Part shown: in pieces, positions 12,201-24,400 of the stretch
Numbering within the stretch: the stretch's first letter is position 1
Layout of the letters: every line of letters begins with the position of its first letter
Assembly: GCA_028534125.1 (NCBI GenBank)
Contig: CM052820.1
Location: 44,640,001-44,704,000 of the forward strand
Reading direction: 5' to 3'
Origin: Lama glama
Lineage: Eukaryota
Length of the DNA: 64,000 nt
Program-made: the position numbers and the translations under genes
Notes under the pieces: generated by a model
The model's input: the letters and a program-made list of their open reading frames with translations, nothing else
What the model was told of the DNA's origin: nothing
Database searches by the model: none

Positions 12201-15200
12201 ACAGATTCAGAGTAAAAGCTGTCAACGAAGCTGGTGAATCTGAACCAAGTGACACAACTGGAGAGATCCCTGCCACTGATATTCAGGGTACTAGTCCTTA
12301 ATCCATTTATATATTCATCTTTTGATCTTATTATGAAATTGATTAATTTACTGAAGATATGTCAATTACTTTTTGGAAAGGGTCAGCTAAATCCTGTTAT
12401 ATTATCCATGGTATTACAGAGGTACCAGAAGTTTTCATTGACATTGGAGCACAAGACTGTCTAATTTGTCAAGCTGGCACACAGATTAGGATTCCTGCTG
12501 TCATCAAGGGACGCCCAACACCAAAATCCTCTTGGGAATTTGATGGAAAGGCAAAGAAGGCAGTGAAAGTAAGAATTTATAATTCTCTGTATCTCCCATT
12601 GAATCACTCTAACAAATAGTTACACTATAACTAACTGACTGTCTTTTCTAATAGGATGGGGTTCATGATATCCCTGAAGATGCACAGGTAAAAAAAAATA
12701 TATATATATATATTATATATATAGAAATGATTCAGAATCTGATTGACTTCAGTACTGCTTTCAATTCATTCAACATATGACTAATATTTTTTTCTTTGTA
12801 CAGCTGGAGACTGCTGAAAATTCATCAGTAATTATTATTCCAGAGTGTAAGCGATCTCATTCAGGCAAATACAGCATCACAGCCAAGAATAAAGCAGGAC
12901 AAAAGACTGCAAATTGCAGAGTTAAAGTCATGGGTAAGGAAGACTTCAAAAGTTACTATGGAATAAGAACAAATTATTTTAAACAAAGAACCACTGTTTA
13001 CATTGTGATTTGCATCCAACAGATGTACCAGGGCCACCCAAAGATCTGAAAGTCAGTGACATCACAAGGGGTAGTTGCAAACTTACATGGAAGATGCCAG
13101 ATGACGATGGAGGAGACAGGATCAAAGGCTATGTTATCGAGAAGAGGACTATTGATGGAAAAGCCTGGACTAAAGTCAACCCAAGCTGTGGAAGCACCTC
13201 ATTTGTAGTTCCTGACCTCATCTCTGGACAGGAATATTTCTTCCGTGTACGGGCAGAAAATCGTTTTGGTATTGGTCCACCTGTGGAAACCATTCAGAGG
13301 ACCACTGCCAGAGACCCAATATGTAAGTTTTTAAAGCTAAGATTAAAGTAGTTTCCCAAATTTGAAATATATTATTATAAACAATGCCTAATACTTCTTT
13401 TAACTATTTTTAAAGATCCTCCTGATCCTCCTATTAAACTCAAGATTGGCCTCATAACAAAGAACACAGTACACCTGTCATGGAAACCCCCAAAGAATGA
13501 TGGGGGCTCCCCTGTCACCCACTATATTGTTGAGTGCCTTGCGTGGGATCCTACTGGGACAAAGAAAGAAGCATGGAAACAGTGCAACAAACGTGACGTG
13601 GAGGAACTGGAGTTTACCGCCGAAGACCTCATAGAGGGTGGGGAATACGAATTCAGGGTCAAAGCCGTCAATGCTGCAGGAGTCAGCAAACCTTCAGACA
13701 CTGTTGGCCCTGTGATTGTCAAAGACCAGACATGTAAGTACCAACATATTAACAGAGAATGTCCTCTTTATGATGCCTTCCTGGATATTTAAGAAAAGTC
13801 CAAAACAAAAAGAGATGTCTGTACATGGGGAAGCTACCAGGGGTTGAGTCTGGACAAAGGCACGTGACCTAATTGCTCATGCCCTCAGCCTCCACAGAAT
13901 TCTCATCTTTCCTTACATACGACCTTTCCCTTATTGAAAGGAGATGACGTTTGGCATTTCCTTCCTCTCATTTTCTCCATGGCAGGCTATTTTACACACC
14001 AGAAGTTAAAGCAGTTCCTCTGCAAGCTCCTCAAAAGGGGCAGAAAGTAACCAGTCGTTTGCTCAGCAACTGCTAAGACCCATTTATCTTCACAATCAAG
14101 CTGCTTTTTCTCCATTTGATGAAAAGATATATCCATTTTAAGAGATAAGACATACACACAAATATAGTAATAATTCTTCCTCTAATCACTGCTACTACCA
14201 TCACTACTGCTGTGTCGTTGTTAGTTCCTTCTAAATTTAGGAGAGCTGTAGTCACAACCCCCTTTGCATATTCGTGTACTAAATTCATGAAAATGGAAAA
14301 CTGCTTTGCCTCCATTAGCAGTTATATTTCTTAAAAGGGAGTTCATCTCAGAATGAACATATAGTAGGCCCCTCATAACACTGCGTACATGTTAAAGGGA
14401 ATATCATGAAAGAACACTCAAGCCTAAGCGACTGTAAATTTCACCTTTCTCTACCCTTTTTCAATATCTACAATCATGAGGATGCCACGTGGGAGAGAGG
14501 CAACTGCTGATACACAGCCACTTGTAGATCAGTAAAGGATGATGACCACATGCATCTGCTCCCCAAACTGGTATAAACTAGATGCAGACAGATCTGTTCT
14601 CTATATCAAGCAGGCTATAAAGCCTGCCTATAGTAGATCCAGATAACTTTCTAGTTACTGTGAATTCTACTTTCCATCCTTTAGTGCTCTATGTTCCTAA
14701 TGACGACAGCTTCTTTTTTTTTTTCCTTTAATAATCTAGGCCCACCTTCAATTGAGCTAAAAGAATTCATGGAGGTTGAAGAAGGAACTGATGTTAGCAT
14801 TGTGGCCAAAATTAAAGGTGTGCCATTCCCGACACTAACCTGGTTTAAAGCTCCTCCGATGAAGCCTGATAAGAAAGAACCTGTTGTCTATGACACCCAT
14901 GTCAACAAACTGGTGGTGGATGATACTTGCACCTTAGTTATTCCACAGTCTCGCAGGAGTGACACTGGCCTATATACCATCACAGCCGTGAATAATCTGG
15001 GAACAGCATCAAAGGAAATGAGACTGAATGTCCTTGGTAAAGATTTCATGGTTTTATTAAAACCATGTGATTTTCTGTTCATAAACGTAGTATTTGGCTT
15101 TAAGATCATTCTCCTAATAAAATTTTCTCTTAAACCATTTTAGGTCGCCCTGGCCCTCCCGTAGGACCGATAAAGTTTGAATCTGTTTCAGCAGATCAAA

Positions 15201-18200
15201 TGACATTATCTTGGCTTCCACCTAAAGATGACGGTGGGTCTAAGATTACCAACTATGTAATTGAGAAAAGAGAAGCTAACAGGAAGACATGGGTGCGTGT
15301 CTCCAGTGAACCGAAAGAGTGCATGTACACAATTCCCAAACTGCTGGAAGGCCATGAGTATGTATTCCGAATCATGGCCCAGAATAAATATGGCATTGGG
15401 GAGCCTCTTGACAGTGAACCTGAAACAGCAAGAAACCTCTTCTGTAAGTAGGACATGCTTCACATACAAAGTCATTCTTATTTGTGTTTTTCATAATTTC
15501 TCATACATNNNNNNNNNNNNNNNNNNNNNNNNNNNNNNNNNNNNNNNNNNNNNNNNNNNNNNNNNNNNNNNNNNNNNNNNNNNNNNNNNNNNNNNNNNNN
15601 NNNNNNNNNNNNNNNNNNNNNNNNNNNNNNNNNNNNNNNNNNNNNNNNTGAAAGATACCACTTCGAAGAGATGGAAGAGAGTTAACCGAGATCCTATCAA
15701 AGCCATGACTTTGGGTGTTTCTTATAAAGTGACTGGTCTCATTGAAGGTTCTGATTATCAGTTCCGGGTGTACGCCATCAATGCTGCTGGTGTGGGTCCA
15801 GCAAGTCTGCCCTCAGACCCAGCGACTGCTAGAGATCCGATTGGTGAGACTTGAAACCATTCTTTGCCCCCATCCCACCAAAAGTGCCATGGAAAAGTCA
15901 AGAATACTAACATATGCTGCTTCTTTCCAGCCCCTCCTGGCCCACCATTTCCCAAAGTCACAGACTGGACCAAATCATCTGCGGATCTGGAGTGGTCTCC
16001 CCCACTAAAAGATGGTGGATCCAAAGTAACCGGATACATCGTTGAATATAAAGAAGAAGGCAAAGAAGAGTGGGAAAAGGTAGCTAACACTTGGCGTTAT
16101 GGAAATGGACTATGAATAAACTAAAAATGTAGTTATTCTCAATCCCGTTAACTCGTATCTGTACTTTCTGGACTAAGAAATAAAAGAAAGCCATTTAACT
16201 TAACAGATAATCCAAACATCTGTTATGTCAAAAATCTAATCAAAAGTTAAGTCATGCTATTTTGTATTATCTTCTAGCTATAAAGCCTGAAAAGATGGAT
16301 GAAGTGAACAATACAGTTTTTTTTTCCTAATCAGTTGACAATATTATAAAACATAATTTCTGGCATTCAGTATTTACCTGTAATATCTGATCCCTAAAAC
16401 CTAAATTGACAACAGTTCTCCCAGAACAAGTAAATATGCCATTGGTTATGCTTTGGAAAGCTATTAAACAAGAAACTAAAAAGAACTACAGTAGTTTCTC
16501 CCCCCTTATCCAAAGGGATACATTCTAAGACCCGCAGTGGATGCCTGAAACCACAGATAGTATAGGAAAAAANNNNNNNNNNNNNNNNNNNNNNNNNNNN
16601 NNNNNNNNNNNNNNNNNNNNNNNNNNNNNNNNNNNNNNNNNNNNNNNNNNNNNNNNNNNNNNNNNNNNNNNNNNNNNNNNNNNNNNNNNNNNNNNNNNNN
16701 NNNNNNNNNNNNNNNNNNNNNNNNNNNNNNNNNNNNNNNNNNNNNCATTTAGTATTTTCAGATCTCGGTTGACTTCGGGTAAATGAAACACAGAATGCAA
16801 AACCACAGATAAGGAAGGACTACTGAATTCTACTTATAAATGCTTGTGATTTCTCCCTAGGCTAAAGATAAAGAAGTGAGAGGAACAAAACTTGTTGTGA
16901 CAGGATTAAAAGAAGGAGCATTCTACAAATTTAGAGTTAGAGCAGTCAACATTGCTGGCATTGGAGAACCTGGAGAAGTCACAGATGCCATTGAAATGAA
17001 GGACAGAACTGGTAATTATTAATATTTCTATTATTTTACCGAGAGTTAGTTTTAGATTGGAAATGAAAAGCACATTTGTTATTTTCAATTGTTTTCCAGT
17101 ATTACCTGACATTCAGCTGGATGCCAGCGTCAGAGACAGAATTGTGGTCCATGCTGGAGGGGTGATTCGGATCATTGCCTATGTGTCTGGAAAGCCTCCT
17201 CCAACCATTACCTGGAACATGAATGAAAGAGCATTACCTCAAGAAGCCACCATTGAGTCCACAGCCATTAGCTCATCCATGGTCATCAAGAATTGCCAGA
17301 GGAGCCACCAAGGCGTCTATTCTCTTCTTGCCAAAAATGCAGCCGGGGAAAGAAAGAAGACAATTATCGTTGATGTATTAGGTAAAAACTTTCAATTTGT
17401 CCAAGCAACTTTAAAAAATAACATTTTATTTCATCTACAACAAAGCTCTATTATTTAAAAAAAAAGCTATGTTACAAATATTTTGGAAAATAAGAAAAAT
17501 CACCCACAATCCCATTGACCACTATTAGCATTAAAAAAAAAACTTCCTCGTTGCTTTTTTATCCTATACATATTTTATATGCTTGTACTCCTACGATAAA
17601 TTCTTGTGAGTTGCCTTTTTATATAACACACCACCATAAACATTTACTATGTTGTTATATAGTTTTCATAAAAGCAGTGTTCCTGCAGATGTACATGAAT
17701 GTTTAACAATTTGCTATGGTTGACCATTTTCACATCATAGGACCTGCTGGTTATCATCATAATGCAAAAATCCCTTTGAAGTTTTCGGTATTCTAATTGA
17801 AGAGAAGCATCATATTTGGTTATCAATATTGCATTTTTAGTCACTGAATATCGAGTCGAATGCTACAAGTCTTGTTCATGCCTCTCGCTGGCTTTATTCC
17901 AGTGATTTGCTCAAAAAGTGAAGCCCTCCCACCCAGATCTCTCTCTCAGCCTATCTCTAGGCACAACTAAACTCCAAACACCCAGTTTTTATGTGAAAAT
18001 AAGCAGTTTTCTATTGGACATAATTAATATTGATGAATGAAACTGGCATGAGGAAAAAGATTTCATTGAGCAACAGTCTTTCAAGCTTCTAGGTTGTTTC
18101 AAACTCCTAAACAGTCTTTTGTCCAATGGTTATTACTTTAAGAACTAGTGCCCTTCCAGGTTGAATTCCAACCCTCTCAAAGGTCATTCTGAAATCTGGG

Positions 18201-18373
18201 GTCTCCTGTGCTACTCAGATTCACTGGTCGCCCAGAAAAAATTCTCTCCTCCTTTCTCCTCTGAAGAGTAAACTGGACACAAAAAGTAGCCATGCCATCC
18301 TCACCCCTCTCCTGTCTCTGTGTGTTTGTCTCCAAACATCTCCCTCTTATCTAACTCATAAATTACTGGGGGG

Positions 18374-18414
<41 letters not shown>

Positions 18415-21400
18415 TTGAATATATGAATGAATATATATATTCATTCTACTAAAGCAAGGGCAACCAGTAACTATTGCAAACCTATTTCATTTTAAAATAT
18501 GGTTGAATATAGGTACCAAGGAAGGAAAAAAACAACTCAATAAATACAAAATCTTACTCTAACTCTTTTCATAACAACATTTTTGTCTCCCTTTTAAAAA
18601 CGGAGGGTAACAAATATTGAGCCCTGTAGTTCATGGAGGTTCAACAACTAGAAACCTTTTCCTCTTATTTCCAGATGTGCCAGGCCCTGTTGGAATACCA
18701 TTCCTGCCTCACAACCTAACCAATGACTCCTGCAAATTGACATGGTTCTCTCCAGAAGATGATGGAGGCTCTCCAATCACCAATTATGTAATTGAAAAGA
18801 GGGAATCTGACCGCAGAGCATGGACCCCAGTGACATGCACAGTCACCCGACAAAATGCTACTGTCCAAGGTCTCATTCAAGGAAAAGCCTACTTTTTCCG
18901 AATTGCAGCTGAAAATAGTATTGGCATGGGCCCGTTTGTTGAGACAACAGATGCACTTGTCATAAGAGATCCAATAAGTAAGTACAATTTAAAACAATTT
19001 CATCCTTAGTCATTTCTTCATTTATTTAATAAAAGACTATAGTGACAAAATTGGTGTATAAATGCCAGTTTCGTTCAATTTGTCAAGAATTCCTCAGGTA
19101 AATACCCAGTATCTGATGTTGGTAGTATTGGAATGTGATCATGAAAGAGATTAAGGGAATATATACGATTCTTCAAATCCTTTCATGTAATACTATGCTG
19201 ATTTTTTTTTAATTTTCAACTTAATGGCATAAATATGAAGTATTTCCCTAACTCTAAAACTATCAACTCTGGAGAACTTTCCTGAATTATTTGGCCTCAG
19301 TGAACCTCCCTATTTGCTTATCTGGAAATTAGATTATATTGGGTCCCTTTTAGATTTAACCATTGTATGTTAAGATTTCTTTTGCTAGTTAGCAAAACAA
19401 ATAGTTTAATGTTTAAATGCAATTCTCAAAAAGTATTACTTACTTCATTCTACTACATTCTTTTTTTTTTTTTTGAGTAAAGGTAGATTTATTTAGAGAG
19501 ATACATACTGCATAGAGTGTATACTGTTTAAAAAGGCAAGAGAAAGGCCACGAGGTGTAGGGGTTGGGTGCTCAGGTTAAAGTAAAAGTAGATACACATC
19601 CCATAGACAGAATGCGGGCCATCTCCAAAGAGGAGGGAGTGAGAGAGGCATCCATTCTACTACATTCTTAATACGACATTTGTTTCATTGTCATTCCACA
19701 CTTGCAGCTGTACCAGAGCGTCCTGAAGACCTAGAAGTCAAAGAAGTTACTAAAGATTCTGTCACTTTGACTTGGAATCCTCCAAAGTATGATGGCGGAT
19801 CAGAAATTATTAACTACATCCTAGAAAGCCGTCTCATTGGAACCGAGAAGTTCCACAAAGTTACAAACGACAACTTGCTTGGCAGGAAGTATACTGTGAA
19901 AGGCTTAAAAGAAGGTGATACCTACGAGTACCGTGTCAGTGCAGTCAATATTGTTGGACAAGGCAAACCATCATTTTGCACCAAGCCAATCACCTGCAGG
20001 GATGAGCTGGGTATGTGTCAAATGCAGTTCATATTTTGCAAACTTGTACATCTATAGATTTATCCTAGGACATCAGTCCAGCTGACTTGCCTTTATAATT
20101 GTAATTTTAGCTCCTCCGACGCTTGACCTCGACTTCAGAGATAAGCTCACGATTCGAGTTGGTGAAGCTTTTGCCCTCACTGGCCGTTACTCAGGCAAAC
20201 CAAAGCCCAAGGTTACTTGGTTCAAAGATGACGCTGATGTGCTGGAAGACGATCGCACTCACATAAAGACCACTCCTACGACACTTGCTCTAGAGAAGCT
20301 CAAGGCCAAGCGTTCAGATTCTGGCAAATACTGTGTGGTTGTGGAGAACAGTACAGGCTCCAGGAAAGGGTTCTGTCAAGTTAATGTTGTTGGTAAGTGT
20401 TATGTAGCAAGAAGGAGAGAGATCCTGTTCTTTCCAAAGCAGATGTGCAAATCACATTTTGTGCTGTGATTTTTTTTCCTTCAGACCGTCCTGGACCACC
20501 AGTAGGACCAGTTATTTTTGATGAGGTGACCAAAGATTACATGGTTATCTCTTGGAAGCCACCTTTAGATGATGGAGGCAGTGAAATTACCAATTACATT
20601 ATTGAGAAGAAGGAGACAGGCAAAGATGTCTGGATGCCCGTGACATCTGCAAGTGCTAAAACAACATGCAAAGTTCCTAAACTGCTTGAAGGAAAAGATT
20701 ATATTTTCCGGATATATGCTGAAAATCTGTATGGAATAAGTGATCCTCTGGTGTCTGATTCAATGAAAGCCAAAGATCGCTTCAGTATGCATTATATTTC
20801 TTTTTAATGGTTCAACATTTGAGGTTGTTAATAGGAAGAATTAAATTTCTAATGCATTTTGCTAATGTTTGTTATAGGAGTTCCTGATGCACCTGACCAG
20901 CCAATTGTTACAGAAGTTACCAAAGACTCTGCATTAGTAACCTGGAACAAGCCAAATGATGGTGGAAAGCCCATCACAAACTACATCCTGGAGAAGAGGG
21001 AAACTATGTCTAAACGATGGGCTAGAGTTACCAAAGAGCCTATCCATCCACACACCAAATTTAGGGTTCCTGATCTTCTAGAAGGATGTCACTATGAATT
21101 CCGGGTTTCTGCAGAAAATGAAATTGGTATTGGAGACCCAAGCCCACCATCCAAACCAGTCATTGCTAAAGATCCAATTGGTATAGTACTAAAGCATTCA
21201 TTCAGCTTTCATTTTATCCAGCTTTGTTGTCAGCTATATTCTGACACCTTTTTGGTTTTTCCTTTTATTATGCAGCTAAGCCAAGTCCACCTGTTAATCC
21301 TGAAGCAATAGATACAACATGTAATTCAGTTGATCTAACTTGGCAGCCACCCCGTCATGATGGTGGGAGCAAGATTCTGGGTTATATTGTTGAGTACCAG

Positions 21401-24400
21401 AAAGTTGGAGATGAAGAATGGAAAAGAGCCAATCACACTCCTGAGTCATGTCCTGAAACTAAATATAAAGTCACTGGTCTTCGGGATGGTCAGTCCTATA
21501 AGTTCAGAGTAATAGCAGTCAATGAAGCTGGTGAATCAGATCCAGCTCATGTACCAGAGCCAGTGCTAGTAAAAGACAGACTCGGTGAGTAACATGTTCT
21601 CAGCTGCCTTTGCAAGGAAGATAGGCATTCCACTGTCTATGCTTCATTGGAAAATACAGTAACAAATCAAATCTGAAAGTACCATTCTCTTTATTCTAGA
21701 ACCACCTGAGTTGATTCTTGATGCCAACATGGCAAGAGAACAACACATAAAAGTTGGTGACACTCTGAGACTTAGTGCCATCATCAAAGGAGTGCCATTC
21801 CCAAAAGTAACCTGGAAAAAAGGAGACAGAGAGGCTCCAACTAAAGCACGAATTGACACTACTCCAGTTGGTAGCAAGCTTGAAATTCGTAATGCTCTCC
21901 ATGAAGATGGTGGAATGTATTCCTTAACAGTAGAGAATCCAGCTGGTTCAAAAACTGTCTCAGTAAAAGTACTCGTATTAGGTAAGAATTTTAGTACTTA
22001 TGATGTATTTAATGCAATGGCATAAAAAAGTACCTTTTAATACATTTCGAGCTCTTAACCTGGATGAAGCCATACACATAACTGCATTATTTAATACTTT
22101 TCAGATAAGCCTGGGCCACCCAGAGATCTGGAAGTCAGTGAAATTAGGAAAGATTCTTGTTACCTTACTTGGAAGGAACCACTGGATGATGGCGGTTCTG
22201 TCATTACAAATTATGTGGTTGAGAGGAAAGATGTTGCCAGTGCCCAGTGGTCTCCTCTCTCAACTACATCAAAGAAAAAGAGTCACATGGCTAAACATCT
22301 TAATGAAGGTAATCAGTACCTCTTCCGAGTAGCTGCTGAGAACCAGTATGGACGTGGTCCTTTCGTGGAAACACTTAAACCCATAAAGGCTCTGGATCCC
22401 CTACGTAAGTTGCTTTCTTTAGATACAAAAGTACTTTTTGATTATTTTTAAGAATATTATTTATTCATCACAATTTCTTCTGAAAAGATCCCCCAGGGCC
22501 ACCCAAGAACCTACACCATGTAGATGTTGACAAGACTGAAGTGTCCCTTGTTTGGAATAAGCCAGATCGTGATGGTGGCTCTCCAATCACTGGATATTTG
22601 GTGGAATATCAAGAAGAGGGCGCTGAAGACTGGATTAAGTTCAAGACTGTGACAAACTTAGAGTGTGTTGTCACTGGACTACAACAAGGAAAGACTTACA
22701 GATTCCGTGTAAGAGCTGAAAATATTGTGGGTCTTGGTCTTCCCGACACAACTATCCCAATAGAATGTCAAGAAAAACTAGGTAATGATGAGCTTGGCAT
22801 TATTTTATTTATTTTTTAAACTATTTGTATTGTGAAAATCAAAATCTAATTTCCTCATGTTTACTTTCCAGTGCCTCCATCAGTGGAGCTGGATGTGAAA
22901 TTAATTGAAGGCCTTGTGGTAAAAGCTGGAACTACAGTCAGATTCCCTGCCATTATAAGAGGTGTACCCATTCCTACTGCAAAGTGGACAACTGATGGGA
23001 ATGAGATTAAAACAGATGAACACTACACAGTTGAAACTGACAACTTCTCATCAGTTCTTACCATTAAGAACTGCTTAAGGAAAGACACCGGGGAATATCA
23101 GATCACAGTTTCCAATGCTGCTGGCACCAAAACAGTAGCTGTACATCTTACTGTTCTTGATGTCCCTGGTCCACCAACAGGTCCCATTAATATTCTGGAA
23201 GTTACCCCTGAACACATGACTATCTCATGGCAGCCGCCTAAAGATGATGGAGGAAGCCCTGTGATAAATTATATTGTTGAGAAAAAAGACACCAAGAAAG
23301 ACACGTGGGGTGTTGTCTCTTCAGGAAGCAGTAAGACAAAGCTGAAAGTCCCACATCTGCAAAAGGGCTGTGAATATGTTTTCCGAGTTAAAGCAGAGAA
23401 TAAGATTGGTGTTGGTCCTCCCCTGGACTCCATACCTACTGTTGCTAAACATAAGTTTAGTCCTCCATCTCCTCCCGGTAAACCAGTGGTTACTGACATT
23501 ACTGAAAATGCTGCAACAGTGTCTTGGACCCTGCCAAAATCTGATGGCGGCAGTCCAATAACCGGTTACTACGTGGAACGTCGAGAAGTAACGGGCAAAT
23601 GGGTGAGAGTCAACAAAACACCGATAGCCGACCTGAAGTTTAGAGTGACTGGACTCTATGAGGGAAATACATACGAGTTTAGAGTTTTTGCTGAGAATCT
23701 TGCAGGACTAAGCGGTCCATCCCCAAGTTCTGATCCAATAAAAGCCTGCCGGCCCATCAAACCACCTGGACCACCTATTAATCCTAAGCTGAAAGACAAG
23801 ACCAGAGAAACAGCTGACCTAGTATGGACAAAGCCTCTCAGTGATGGTGGTAGCCCCATTCTGGGCTACGTAGTGGAGTGTCAGAAAGCTGGAACAACAC
23901 AGTGGAGCAGGATTAATAAAGATGAACTGATCAGGCAGTGTGCCTTTAGGGTACCTGGACTTATTGAAGGAAATGAGTACAGATTCCGTATAAAGGCAGC
24001 TAATATTGTGGGAGAGGGAGAGCCAAGAGAACTAGCAGAGTCTGTGATTGCAAAGGATATCCTTCACCCTCCAGAAGTAGAACTTGATGTGACTTGTCGT
24101 GATGTTATTACCGTTAGAGTGGGCCAAACTATCCACATTCTTGCTCGGGTAAAAGGCAGACCTGAACCAGACATAACCTGGTCTAAGGAGGGCAAAGCAT
24201 TGGTCCGAGAAAAGCGAGTTGACCTAATTCACGATCTGCCTCGTGTTGAGTTACATATTAAGGAAGCTGTTAGAGCTGACCATGGCAAGTATATCATCTC
24301 TGCTAAGAACAGCAGTGGGCATGCCCAGGGTCATGCTATCGTTAATGTCCTCGACAGACCTGGGCCTTGCCAGAATTTAAAGGTCAGCAATGTAACCAAA

